Shown here in pieces: positions 18,449 through 27,967 of a DNA stretch of 64,000 bases. Below the pieces are notes generated by a model, which was not told where the DNA came from, did not search any database, and worked only from the letters and a program-made list of their open reading frames with translations. Made by a program: the position numbers and the translations under genes. The DNA is from Clostridia bacterium (GTDB lineage: Bacteria > Bacillota > Peptococcia > DRI-13 > SV3-B141). The stretch covers positions 46,380-110,379 of the forward strand of contig JAHDSB010000027.1 in assembly GCA_018433015.1 (NCBI GenBank). Direction: 5' to 3'. Position 1 is the stretch's first letter; every line of letters begins with the position of its first letter.

Positions 18449-18631
18449 TTATTTTTACCTCCTTTTTATGTCAAGTTCAATTTGTTTTATTCTATTGTAT
18501 TGTATTAAGCTCACAATCCTTTTGTTACAGTATGACCAAAAAAAGATGAATAACTAAGCATAGATTCTGTAGTAGTAGTATATTATTTTAGTTAACAGGA
18601 GTTGAAAAGTTATATAGAGTGGAGATTTTAA

Positions 18632-19621
18632 ATGAAAAAGTTATTACTTTCAGGGGAAAATGATATTTGGTATTTTAAAACAACTTCTACAGAAATGATG
18701 TTTTATTTATTAATAAATTCCCAAAAGGTTAAAGACGTAAATTCTTTTGATACTATTATTGATAAAGACTATAATCCCCATATAATTTTGGAAAGGAAAG
18801 GGAAGCTTTTATATTATCACTGGAGTGGAAGGCAATGGGAAAAAGGGCCTCACCCTAATGTAACGGATTATTCGAAGTTTTTTTTGACTTTAAGTAAAGA
18901 ATTAGGTTCTGTTTTAGTGATGTGTAAGGAAATTGGTCCTGGAATAGAAATAAGATTATTAACTTTACAGCAAAATACTTGGAAAGAGTTGGCGAGGGAT
19001 ATTATATCTGATCCTATTAGAGTTAAAGCTGTATTTTATGATGATGAATGCTTTCTTATTTATACTAAAGATGAACTTACTAAAACAACAGTAGGAATTG
19101 CAAATTTATCTGATAATAGATGGAAGATAATCTATGAGTCTGAAATACTAAACGGAAAACTGTTAAACTGGGCAGTAAAGGATGGTTTAATATATTTATT
19201 AATGGGTCAAGTAATAGGAAGTGACAGTATTTTTCACATGTGTAGTGGATATTATCAAAAGGGTTTTTTTAGTAAATCTCTTTTAGGTTCCATAGATGGA
19301 TGGGAGGGAAATCCTGGCATATATTCATGTGAAAATAATAACATGAAAATCATCTGGAGTTATTTAAACAATATATATCTAGGAGAAGTTGATACTAAAA
19401 AGCAGGAATTTGCAAAAATAATTAAATCAGATATCTTTTACCCCTCAGAACTGAAGGTTATGACAAACTCCTATAATTTGGGTCAGAAAGTTATGTTTTT
19501 AAATATTTTTGGTACAAAGCTGGATTTCCCTTTGATTTTGACTTGGGAAGAATTAGAGCTAATGATAAGGGGAAAGGAGTTTTCCCAAAAAAAATTTAAT
19601 AGACCTACCAGGTCTAACTAA
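18632..19621 (+). CDS. Hypothetical protein (329 aa, no signal peptide, repeated beta-strand-like segments)
   Basis: Long ORF with RBS GGAG, transcribed divergently from the Cys-rich gene. No motif recognised. Confidence 0.5.
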   Translation: MKKLLLSGENDIWYFKTTSTEMMFYLLINSQKVKDVNSFDTIIDKDYNPHIILERKGKLLYYHWSGRQWEKGPHPNVTDYSKFFLTLSKELGSVLVMCKEIGPGIEIRLLTLQQNTWKELARDIISDPIRVKAVFYDDECFLIYTKDELTKTTVGIANLSDNRWKIIYESEILNGKLLNWAVKDGLIYLLMGQVIGSDSIFHMCSGYYQKGFFSKSLLGSIDGWEGNPGIYSCENNNMKIIWSYLNNIYLGEVDTKKQEFAKIIKSDIFYPSELKVMTNSYNLGQKVMFLNIFGTKLDFPLILTWEELELMIRGKEFSQKKFNRPTRSN

Positions 19622-19629
19622 CAGCTTCT

Positions 19630-19953
19630 TCAGCCGCGTTTAATGTAGTTATAACCTAATTTGGATATTGTGTAAGCAACCATTTGCAGGCTGGTTTTAG
19701 AGGTATCAATGTATACCTTTAATTTTTTTCGGTTAAGGAAAGGTTTTACTTGTGTTATTCCTTCCAAAGAAAGAAGTGAAGATGTTATAGTTTCCACGTC
19801 TTCATCACTGTTCATATCTGTAATTGTAATCATTATGGGAATATTCCTTTTACGCAGTATATAAAGATCTTCTTGTTGTTTTTTTGATGCATTATAGTAA
19901 TTATTATTTTTGAGAGTTTTATTCTCTTTCACTTTATCTTGATACCAGCTCAT
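19630..19953 (-). CDS. Hypothetical protein with HMA-like (ferredoxin-fold) C-terminal domain lacking the metal-binding cysteines
   Basis: IMITITDMNSDEDVETITSSLLSLEGITQVKPFLNRKKLKVYID...VAYTISKLGYNY follows the beta-alpha-beta-beta-alpha-beta HMA pattern, but GMTCxxC is replaced by DMNSDED. RBS AGGAGG. Confidence 0.45.
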   Translation of the reverse strand: MSWYQDKVKENKTLKNNNYYNASKKQQEDLYILRKRNIPIMITITDMNSDEDVETITSSLLSLEGITQVKPFLNRKKLKVYIDTSKTSLQMVAYTISKLGYNYIKRG

Positions 19954-19996
19954 ACTAGTCCTCCTTATTTAGGCAACTGCCTCAAAAGTATGATAA

Positions 19997-20272
19997 TCAT
20001 TTTTCAGTTCTCTCAAAACTAACATTCTTTTGTTGCATTAAATATTCAATAAAGCCTCTACTGATGAAATCAGGATTATAACAGATAGCAACAGTATCGG
20101 GCTTTTCTAGGACACGGATCTCTTTTACTATAGGATAAAGAGTTTCAACCATTTTAGTTTTTATATGCTCATCCTCAAGATTATCAATTATATATTCACA
20201 AGTTTTTTCTTTATGTAGCTCCAGGGTTTCTCCGCGAGCATCTATCCAAAAGCGTGTTTGTGGTTTTCTCAT
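19997..20272 (-). CDS. Hypothetical protein (91 aa)
   Basis: ORF with RBS AAGGAGG, apparently co-transcribed with 19630..19953. No motif recognised. Confidence 0.45.
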   Translation of the reverse strand: MRKPQTRFWIDARGETLELHKEKTCEYIIDNLEDEHIKTKMVETLYPIVKEIRVLEKPDTVAICYNPDFISRGFIEYLMQQKNVSFERTEK

Positions 20273-20521
20273 TTAAATCCTCCTTTGCTGTGGCTTTATG
20301 TTATACTATTCATTTCAAATATAGTTTGTTCTTGAGAAGTATATTCTTTCCTAAAAATATACAGCTAGCACTGATACAACAAAATAGTAGGCATATAACC
20401 TTATAAGTGACAAAAATTCAATAAATTAACTCCCAACTTCATTTCTGGCAATTGTTTTTGGTAATATCTTTAGATATATTTAACTTACTACTAAATTAAT
20501 GATAGTAAAGGGAGGGCATTT

Positions 20522-21196
20522 ATGGACAAAAAAATCTTAATTAAATCATGTGCAGTCTTGGGATTATCAGTTTTCTTAATGACGCAATTTTCAATTGGAC
20601 AAGCCCATGCTTCCTGGGGAGCTGCTCGTTTAGTAGAGTTAAGGGCCCAACAAAACGCAACTCCTCCTGTTCCTACTAATCCCCCAGTTATACCAGAACC
20701 CGAACCAGAACCGGAATTAGAAAAGCCTCCCGTAACACAGCCTGATCCTCAACCACAGCCACCAGAAATTTCTGAGCCAACGCAACCTGACGAAGAACAA
20801 GAACAGCCCACGGGAATGTCTCAAGAAGAACTGTTAATGTTGCAAATGGTTAATGAAGCTCGAGAAAAGCAGGGGTTAAAGCCTTTACAACCCATGGCGA
20901 AGTTGAATGAACTTGCTAGATTAAAGAGTCAGGATATTATTGATAACAACTACTTTTCCCACACTTCCCCCACTTACGGATCTTTTGCTAATATGGTATA
21001 CGATGCTGGCATTAGGTTTTACTCCGTAGGTGAAAATTTAGCGAAAGCTAGAAATGCAAAACATGCTTACTATTTATTCATGGCCAGCTCGGGACATAAA
21101 GCCAATATTTTAAGTACAAACTTTACCCACGTAGGCATAGGTGTAGTTCCCTATAAATATGGTGTTGTTGTTACTCAATTATTTGTTATGCAGTAG
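20522..21196 (+). CDS. Secreted CAP/SCP (YkwD-family) domain protein with Pro/Glu-rich linker
   Basis: Signal peptide, PEPEPEPE/PQPQPP linker, and a C-terminal CAP domain with [21 protein letters not shown]...GHKANIL...HVGIGV, typical of the YkwD family. Confidence 0.8.
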   Translation: MDKKILIKSCAVLGLSVFLMTQFSIGQAHASWGAARLVELRAQQNATPPVPTNPPVIPEPEPEPELEKPPVTQPDPQPQPPEISEPTQPDEEQEQPTGMSQEELLMLQMVNEAREKQGLKPLQPMAKLNELARLKSQDIIDNNYFSHTSPTYGSFANMVYDAGIRFYSVGENLAKARNAKHAYYLFMASSGHKANILSTNFTHVGIGVVPYKYGVVVTQLFVMQ

Positions 21197-21215
21197 TAGA
21201 AAATTATTTCATAAT

Positions 21216-21270
21216 AAAGAGGCCTCAATTAAAGGTATTTCATTACTTTAATTGAGGCCTCTTTATTTTA
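21216..21270 (+). terminator. Intrinsic terminator after CAP-domain gene 20522..21196
   Basis: 19-bp stem AAAGAGGCCTCAATTAAAG / CTTTAATTGAGGCCTCTTT followed by ATTTTA. Confidence 0.8.
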
Positions 21271-21291
21271 TTTGCAAGGACTTAAGTTATA

Positions 21292-21319
21292 ACCATTTAC
21301 TATACCTGCACATATAGTG
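21292..21319 (+). promoter_or_regulatory. Sigma-K-like promoter candidate: AC, 17 nt, CATATAGTG
   Basis: AC at 21292-21293, a 17-nt spacer, and CATAtagTG at 21311-21319. There is one mismatch to CATAnnnTA. It lies ~35 nt upstream of the 21354 start. Confidence 0.35.
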
Positions 21320-21353
21320 ATAGTAGTGCAAAGCTAAAGTGGGGTGATATTAA

Positions 21354-22571
21354 ATGTTTAATGTTTATGTGGGTGAAAACTACGTTATTAGCTACGATAA
21401 GAGTAAAGAGACAACATTTCAGGTAGTTTGCTCATCTCATAATGTCCCTTATCTAAAAAAGGATGAGGAGAACTATATTCTTTTTCCTTCTTTAAGGGGT
21501 GTTAATCTACTCGTTACTAATCTCAGCAAGGAAGATCAAAAAATAGATGAACTAGTGCAAAATCTTATTAATCAATTATTAAGTAGGGGAGCTCAAGTAT
21601 TATCAGGAGTTTCCAATAAGTCATTTAGTACTTTTGCTAACATTATGAATGCCCAGATGTTGCTAGGATTTTATAGTAAAGATTGTAGTAATGACAGCGA
21701 ATACCTGCGCATTTTTTATTCTTTAAAGAATAAGACTAAGAGTTTAAGTCTGGTTTCTGCCATAGCAAATAACTTGCAGAAACAACAACAACCGTTACCG
21801 TATAAAATAGCTAATATCTTTGAAGTATTAGGAAATTTGAAATATTTGAAGGTTTATTTATGTGAGGTTCCTACGGTGTTGTTAGAAATCAACACATCAA
21901 TATTAGAAAAGTATGATATAGAATCAGTGGTGATAAATGGTCTCATAGATATTTTTCAAAACCGCCCCGAGGAAAACGAACTTTTAAGTTTATGTGATAT
22001 TATGAAATATTTAGAAACAGAAGAGACCTGTACATATGAGAAAGACAGTGAAAATCAAGAAGAAGAGGTTAATAACATAGAGATCATAAGTGTAGAGAGT
22101 TTACAAGAAAGTGAGGAAGAAAGTGGTATAAAAGAAGTTAAAGTAACGGAAGAAGATAAAGCGCCGGATTTATTAGCTAATTGTACTAAAGAAGAGATCG
22201 ATAATAAACCCCAACAATTAAAAACTGCTTCCATATCTAAGAAAAAGAAGGCACTTGACAATAAAAAGCAAGATAATAAGTTAGCTAACAAGCAAAAACC
22301 CAGAAGAAATTATTTATCATGGATACCTCCTTTTGAAGAAAATATATATCAGTTTAGAGCACATTCTTATGAGGAAGACAATGCTTTTATCCCTATGCAA
22401 CCTAAAAAAGAACCTAAAAGTAAACCTGTTAATTATCAACCATATCAAAAGGAAAAAAGCAGGGAAAGAATATATCCCGTATATAAAGAACCTGTTAATC
22501 TTTTAGATGAATTGAAGACTCTGGGAACCCTGGTAGAACAGAATGATGAAAAAAATAATATGTATGTTTAA
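21354..22571 (+). CDS. Hypothetical bipartite protein (globular N-terminal ~215 aa plus highly charged Glu/Lys-rich C-terminal half)
   Basis: 405-aa ORF with RBS GTGGGGTG. A 29-nt gap to the next glycosyltransferase suggests co-transcription. A sigma-K-like promoter match lies upstream. Confidence 0.55.
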   Translation: MFNVYVGENYVISYDKSKETTFQVVCSSHNVPYLKKDEENYILFPSLRGVNLLVTNLSKEDQKIDELVQNLINQLLSRGAQVLSGVSNKSFSTFANIMNAQMLLGFYSKDCSNDSEYLRIFYSLKNKTKSLSLVSAIANNLQKQQQPLPYKIANIFEVLGNLKYLKVYLCEVPTVLLEINTSILEKYDIESVVINGLIDIFQNRPEENELLSLCDIMKYLETEETCTYEKDSENQEEEVNNIEIISVESLQESEEESGIKEVKVTEEDKAPDLLANCTKEEIDNKPQQLKTASISKKKKALDNKKQDNKLANKQKPRRNYLSWIPPFEENIYQFRAHSYEEDNAFIPMQPKKEPKSKPVNYQPYQKEKSRERIYPVYKEPVNLLDELKTLGTLVEQNDEKNNMYV

Positions 22572-22600
22572 TAGAAGGTTTTTTAGTTGAGGAGGCTGCT

Positions 22601-23731
22601 ATGAAAGTTTTGCAAGAGCTACTGCTTTTAGGACCTGTTGACGAAGTTACTGGTTATGGTGAAATATCACGCCAAATTGCCTTTGGTTTAAATAGGATAG
22701 GAATAAAAGTAGGTATTGAAGCACAAAACTGGAGCAGGTGTCAGATAAACTTGAATGATAATGATAGGAAACGTTTAAAAGTAATGAAGAATCAACAGGA
22801 TAACTACTCACATTATTTATATGTCAATGTGCCCCAGTTTTTTAGAACTAGTAAGGGGAAATTAATAGCAGGATATACGATGTCTGAGGCCAGTGGTATT
22901 CCGGGTTATTGGGTGAAAAGTTGTAATTGTGTTGATTTGTTATTCGTGCCTACATCATTTAATTATGAAACATTTCAGGAAAGTGGTGTGCAGCAAGATA
23001 AGCTTAGAATAGTACCTTTAGGAGTTGATCATCAAATCTATACGCCGGAAGGCAAGAAATACCCTTTGCGGAGATCTGAGGCTTTGTTTACTTTTCTTTC
23101 AGTAGGGGAATGGGTAGAGCGCAAAGGCTTTGATCTTTTGATACAGGCCTTCGTTGAGGAATTCAGCAGAGCGGACGATGTTTGTCTTGTCCTCAAATGT
23201 CATAGTAGTGGTAGTGATTATGATCCCACGGGCGATAAAATATTAAAGGAAATCAAGAAAATTACTGCAGGTATAAAAAATACAGATGTACCTCCCATCA
23301 GGCTAATACCGTATACTTTACCGAGTTCAGAAATGCCATCTTTGTATAGAACAGCCCATTGCTTTGTGTCGCCTACCCGGGGTGAAGGTTGGAATATGCC
23401 AGTATATGAAGCTATAGCTTGTGGTGTACCTGTTATCACAACTAAATTGTCGGCACATTTAGATTATTTAAACCAGGAGAATTCTTATTTGCTTGAGATA
23501 GAAGAGTTAGAGAAAATCCCTTCCTTTAACAACCCAAATGATAAAATTTATCATGGGTTTTCATGGGCAAAACCTAGTAAAGAACATCTAAAATATTTAA
23601 TGAGAGAGGTATACGAGAAACATGAATCTGAAGCTAAGGGCAAAGCAAAAAAAGCTTTGAACATGGTTAGGAATTGTTTAGGATGGAATTTATGTGCACA
23701 ACGCATTATAGAATATATTAGCAACTGCTAA
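22601..23731 (+). CDS. Glycosyltransferase family 4 (GT-B, group 1)
   Basis: C-terminal GT1 motif SPTRGEGWNMPVYEAIACGVPVITT. It is a paralog of 26802..27953. Confidence 0.85.
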   Translation: MKVLQELLLLGPVDEVTGYGEISRQIAFGLNRIGIKVGIEAQNWSRCQINLNDNDRKRLKVMKNQQDNYSHYLYVNVPQFFRTSKGKLIAGYTMSEASGIPGYWVKSCNCVDLLFVPTSFNYETFQESGVQQDKLRIVPLGVDHQIYTPEGKKYPLRRSEALFTFLSVGEWVERKGFDLLIQAFVEEFSRADDVCLVLKCHSSGSDYDPTGDKILKEIKKITAGIKNTDVPPIRLIPYTLPSSEMPSLYRTAHCFVSPTRGEGWNMPVYEAIACGVPVITTKLSAHLDYLNQENSYLLEIEELEKIPSFNNPNDKIYHGFSWAKPSKEHLKYLMREVYEKHESEAKGKAKKALNMVRNCLGWNLCAQRIIEYISNC

Positions 23732-23751
23732 ATATAGACAGTTGCTTTTTT
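23720..23751 (+). terminator. Intrinsic terminator overlapping the stop of GT4 gene 22601..23731
   Basis: AGCAACTG-11 nt-CAGTTGCT followed by TTTTT. Confidence 0.7.
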
Positions 23752-23837
23752 ACATTTGAGTTTAGTAGATCTTAAGTAACCATCTAAGTGGACAATGAAT
23801 AAAATAGGATAAAGCCAAAGTTCATTGGAGGACGTAT

Positions 23838-25268
23838 ATGAAAAAAATTGCTTTAATATTAGCGGGAGGAAAGGGAAACCGTTTTTGGCCCAAAAGTTCC
23901 CTGGAAATGCCTAAACAATTTATTAATATAATCGGAGATTCAACTTTATTTCAAGAGACGGTAAAAAGAGCTGCATTAATCACTGCTGAGGAAGATATTT
24001 ATATTGTTTCAAGTTCTAGCTGTGTTAGTTTCATAAAAAATCAGGCACCCCAGATTCCCCAAGAAAATATAATATTAGAACCTTGTGGTAGAGACACAGC
24101 CCCAGCCTTAGGCTACTCCCTAGTTTGGCTTCAGGAAAAATATTCTGAAGCAGCTCTTTTTATATTGCCTTCCGATCACTATGTAGCAGAGATGGATAAA
24201 TGGAAAGAAACATTAATAAAGGCTTGCGATTTAGCAGAAAGTAAATCGCCGGTTGTAATAGGTATAAGCCCTAACAGACCTGAAACAGGCTATGGTTATA
24301 TTAAGAAAGGAAATAAATGTTTCGAAAAAAATCAGGTGTATTGGAAAGTAACAGAATTTATTGAAAAACCCGATTTTAATAAAGCTTTAAAGTTTTTGGA
24401 GGCACAAGATTATTTGTGGAATAGCGGCATGTTTATTTGGAAACTATCAGATCTTATTAAACAATATAAAAAAAATTTGCCCTGTACATTTGAACAAATA
24501 TCTGAAATATATACAATCATGAAAAATAATAATTGGAACTACTGGTTAAAGGAAGATGTAGTTGAGGTAAAAGAAGAATATAAAGCTATTAACCCCATTT
24601 CCATTGATTATGGAATCATGGAACATCTCCACAACATATACTTATTGCCGGGTATTTTTCTTTGGGATGATGTGGGGGGATGGCAAGCTTTAGAGAGACT
24701 GCATCCAAAAGATTCCAATAATAATATAAATCTAGGTAATGCTGCCTTAATAAAATCAGATAACTGCATCGTAGACTGCTATGATGGCACTGCTTTAATA
24801 GCAGGTATAAAAGATACCGTAGTAGCACATCAAGACAGTAAGTTATTAGTTTGTCATAAGGATTATTTGCCCCAACTTAAAGAGCTATTAAAAGAAGCAA
24901 TTTTTTTCAAACGAGAAGAAAGTGAGGAACATGAAGGAATAAAAAAAGTAGAAAAACCATGGGGGCAAGAGATCTGGTGGGCAGTAACTAATAAATATGC
25001 TGCTAAGATTTTAGAAATAGAAAAAGGGTCTTCTACTAGTTTTCATTATCATCAAAAAAAATTGGAAACTTTTTATATCACTAAAGGAAGGGGAACTATT
25101 AAACTTCAGGAAAGAACAGAGGAGTTATATCCCGGCAAAGTAATTGAAATATATCCCGGGGAGCCTCACCGCTTAAATGCTTTGAGTAATCTTCAAATAA
25201 TTGAAGTTTCAACACCGGAACTTGATGATGTTGTTAGAATTTCTGATTATTATGGACGTTCGGATTAA
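23838..25268 (+). CDS. manC: Mannose-1-phosphate guanylyltransferase / mannose-6-phosphate isomerase (bifunctional type)
   Basis: N-terminal nucleotidyltransferase LILAGGKGNRFWPKS...MPKQF and a C-terminal type-II PMI cupin (KPWGQEIWW...SFHYHQKKLETFYITKGRG). Confidence 0.88.
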   Translation: MKKIALILAGGKGNRFWPKSSLEMPKQFINIIGDSTLFQETVKRAALITAEEDIYIVSSSSCVSFIKNQAPQIPQENIILEPCGRDTAPALGYSLVWLQEKYSEAALFILPSDHYVAEMDKWKETLIKACDLAESKSPVVIGISPNRPETGYGYIKKGNKCFEKNQVYWKVTEFIEKPDFNKALKFLEAQDYLWNSGMFIWKLSDLIKQYKKNLPCTFEQISEIYTIMKNNNWNYWLKEDVVEVKEEYKAINPISIDYGIMEHLHNIYLLPGIFLWDDVGGWQALERLHPKDSNNNINLGNAALIKSDNCIVDCYDGTALIAGIKDTVVAHQDSKLLVCHKDYLPQLKELLKEAIFFKREESEEHEGIKKVEKPWGQEIWWAVTNKYAAKILEIEKGSSTSFHYHQKKLETFYITKGRGTIKLQERTEELYPGKVIEIYPGEPHRLNALSNLQIIEVSTPELDDVVRISDYYGRSD

Positions 25269-25292
25269 ATTTGAAAGGGAAGGATTGATATT

Positions 25293-26285
25293 ATGAGGAT
25301 ATTAATAACAGGCATTAGCGGTTTCGCCGGCAGTCATTTGGCTGAGTATGCTTTGCAACTGGGAGAAGTAGAAGTCTACGGTACTATTCGTAATAGGAGT
25401 CGTTTAGATAATATTAAGCATCTGTTGCATAAAATTAAGTTAGTGGAATGTGATTTGCGGGACCCATTTTCTGTAAGGAAAATAATCAGTGATGTAAAAC
25501 CTGAGAGAATATTTCATTTAGCCGCTCAAAGTTTTGTGCCCACCTCTTGGAAAGCACCGGAAGAGACCTTAACCACTAATATTGTAAGTGAATTAAATAT
25601 ATTTGAAGCACTGAGATTAGAAAAAGTAGATGCTCGAGTGCAAATTGCTTGTTCTTCTGAGGAGTATGGTCAAGTCTACCCGATAGAAACGCCTATTAAA
25701 GAAGATAATCCTTTAAGACCTCTTAGTCCCTATGGAGTAAGCAAAGTTGCACAGGATTTATTGGCCTATCAATATCATGCTTCTTATGGATTATACACAG
25801 TGCGAACACGTGCCTTTAATCATACGGGACCACGGAGAGGGGAAATATTTGCTACCTCTAATTTTGCAAAACAGATAGCTGAGATAGAAAAAGGACTTAA
25901 AGAACCTGTTATTTATACAGGAAACTTAGAAGCTTTACGAGATTTTACAGATGTGCGGGATATGGTTAGAGGATATTGGCTAGCGTTAGAAAAAGGTACA
26001 CCAGGAGATGTTTATGTGTTAGCCTCTGGAGAAGCTTATTCTATTGGCCGAATGTTAGATGTGTTGCTTTCTTTTTCAACAAGTAAAGTAACTATAGAGC
26101 AGGACTCTTCCAGAATGAGACCTTCGGATGTTCCTATTCTATTAGGAGATGCTACTAAATTTCAGCAGCAATGTGGATGGAAGCCGGAGATTAGTTTTGA
26201 AAAAACCATGGAAGATTTACTTAACTATTGGCGTGACAGAATAAGAATTAATATACAGAGTGGTGAGGTAAATGAGCAAGATTAG
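25293..26285 (+). CDS. GDP-mannose 4,6-dehydratase family SDR (Gmd/Rmd-like)
   Basis: Rossmann motif ITGISGFAGSHL, catalytic YGVSKVAQD, and NHTGPRRGE typical of the Gmd/Rmd extended SDR family. It is adjacent to manC. Confidence 0.8.
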   Translation: MRILITGISGFAGSHLAEYALQLGEVEVYGTIRNRSRLDNIKHLLHKIKLVECDLRDPFSVRKIISDVKPERIFHLAAQSFVPTSWKAPEETLTTNIVSELNIFEALRLEKVDARVQIACSSEEYGQVYPIETPIKEDNPLRPLSPYGVSKVAQDLLAYQYHASYGLYTVRTRAFNHTGPRRGEIFATSNFAKQIAEIEKGLKEPVIYTGNLEALRDFTDVRDMVRGYWLALEKGTPGDVYVLASGEAYSIGRMLDVLLSFSTSKVTIEQDSSRMRPSDVPILLGDATKFQQQCGWKPEISFEKTMEDLLNYWRDRIRINIQSGEVNEQD

Positions 26286-26781
26286 GGGTAAGAACTTATT
26301 ATTCAATGGTGCTTTTGATATTGAAGATCCTGAGATAGTTTTTCCTATGGGCTGGCTTCCTTGCAATGAAAATATAGGAACTGTTTTACAATGGTCTGGA
26401 GAAAAAGCCGTATATGGTGATCATACCATAATAATAGATAATCATAACTACACCGAGAATATGACAGGTATTATGTTGGAAGATAAATATTATTTTGATG
26501 TTAGACAAGGGGAAGAATATGAAATATCGGCGTGGATGGCAACAGAGCGGAGAGGAGTACCTTTACGTTTAATTGTTGTTATGAGAAAGCCTGATTATTC
26601 CTACCTTTGTGAAGAACACTTTAAATTTTTATCTACCCAGGAAATGTCTCGCTATGAAGGAACATTTACTATACCTGCTAAAGCAGCTCTGCTAAATGTG
26701 AGTGTAGGAGTGCATGATACTGAAGAAACATTGCCAAGCAAAACCTGGATATCATGGGTAGCTTTGCGTAAATTAATGTAG
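26272..26781 (+). CDS. Hypothetical protein, CBM4/9-like jelly-roll (no signal peptide)
   Basis: N-terminus KNLLFNGAFDIEDPEIVFPMGW resembles the NLxxNGxFExxxxxW opening of CBM_4_9 modules. The start overlaps the preceding SDR gene by 14 nt, suggesting translational coupling. Confidence 0.45.
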   Translation: MSKIRGKNLLFNGAFDIEDPEIVFPMGWLPCNENIGTVLQWSGEKAVYGDHTIIIDNHNYTENMTGIMLEDKYYFDVRQGEEYEISAWMATERRGVPLRLIVVMRKPDYSYLCEEHFKFLSTQEMSRYEGTFTIPAKAALLNVSVGVHDTEETLPSKTWISWVALRKLM

Positions 26782-26801
26782 ATAGTAGAGGGAGAAGAGC
26801 T

Positions 26802-27953
26802 ATGCTAAGAATTAGAATTCATGGCCCTTTTGATGATGTGACAGGTTATGCTGAAACTGTGCGGCAAATAGCAATGAGCTTATTTGATATAGGAATAGAA
26901 GTTTCCATGGAAGTATTTAACTGGGGAACTACGCGGATAGATTTGTCTAGGGACCAATTAAAGAAGGCGGAGATAATCAAACAAAAAAATAATAAATATG
27001 ATGTAATTCTTAATATCAGTATTCCTATTTTTTTTAATATAGTACAAAACAAACCGTGCCTAGGTATAACTATGTTGGAGGTAGATGGTATTCCTGAAAA
27101 GTGGTCTTATATATGTAATAAGCTGGATAGTATCATAGTACCTTCAGAATTCAATAGAAACACGTTTTGTAATAGCGGTGTTTTGTTAGAAAAATTAAAA
27201 GTTGTACCTTTAGGTGTAGACTCCCAGTTTTTTGTTGATGATGGGGCGTGTCTATTCCCCTGTTTAAATAACTATGACTTTATTTTTTTATCTATAGGAG
27301 AATGGATACCTCGCAAGGGTTTTGATTTTTTGATAAAAGCTTTCTTACAGGAGTTTACTAGTGCAGACAATGTATGCCTTGTTATAAAAAGTCATTCTAA
27401 CGGGAAAGATTATGATCCTTGTGGTTTAGCAATAAAATTTGAAATTAAAAAACTTATTAAACAAGTTAAAAGAAAGAAGGGGGTTAAATACCAACCTCCC
27501 ACTATAACTGTTATTCCATATACCTTACCGGCTCAAAACATGCCGGCCTTGTACCGCCAGGCCCATTGTTTTGTTTTAGCAACCAGAGGAGAAGGGTGGA
27601 ATATGCCGGCTTTTGAAGCTTTAGCATCGCGGGTTCCTGTTATAACTACAAAATGGTCTGCTCATTTAGACCATTTAGATGAAACCAATTCATATTTAAT
27701 TGAGCTGGAAGGATTAGAACAGGTACCTTCTTATGGATTGAGTACAGATGAGATTTATAGGGGATTTAAATGGGCAAAGCCTAGTATGGAACATCTACAA
27801 TATCTATTAAGATATGTTTATGAAAATTATGAAGAAGCTAAGGGTAAAGCAGAAGCAGGGGCTAATTATGTAAAAAACGAACTTAGTTGGAATAAATGTG
27901 CCCAAAAGATAGAAAATATTTGTTTGAATAGTAAAAATGTTAATAAGAATTAA
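26802..27953 (+). CDS. Glycosyltransferase family 4 (paralog of 22601..23731)
   Basis: Colinear similarity to 22601..23731 along the whole length, e.g. GEWIPRKGFDFLIKAFLQEFTSADNVCLVIKSHSNGKDYDP versus GEWVERKGFDLLIQAFVEEFSRADDVCLVLKCHSSGSDYDP, and ATRGEGWNMPAFEA. Confidence 0.85.
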   Translation: MLRIRIHGPFDDVTGYAETVRQIAMSLFDIGIEVSMEVFNWGTTRIDLSRDQLKKAEIIKQKNNKYDVILNISIPIFFNIVQNKPCLGITMLEVDGIPEKWSYICNKLDSIIVPSEFNRNTFCNSGVLLEKLKVVPLGVDSQFFVDDGACLFPCLNNYDFIFLSIGEWIPRKGFDFLIKAFLQEFTSADNVCLVIKSHSNGKDYDPCGLAIKFEIKKLIKQVKRKKGVKYQPPTITVIPYTLPAQNMPALYRQAHCFVLATRGEGWNMPAFEALASRVPVITTKWSAHLDHLDETNSYLIELEGLEQVPSYGLSTDEIYRGFKWAKPSMEHLQYLLRYVYENYEEAKGKAEAGANYVKNELSWNKCAQKIENICLNSKNVNKN

Positions 27954-27967
27954 AGGATGAGCGGATT

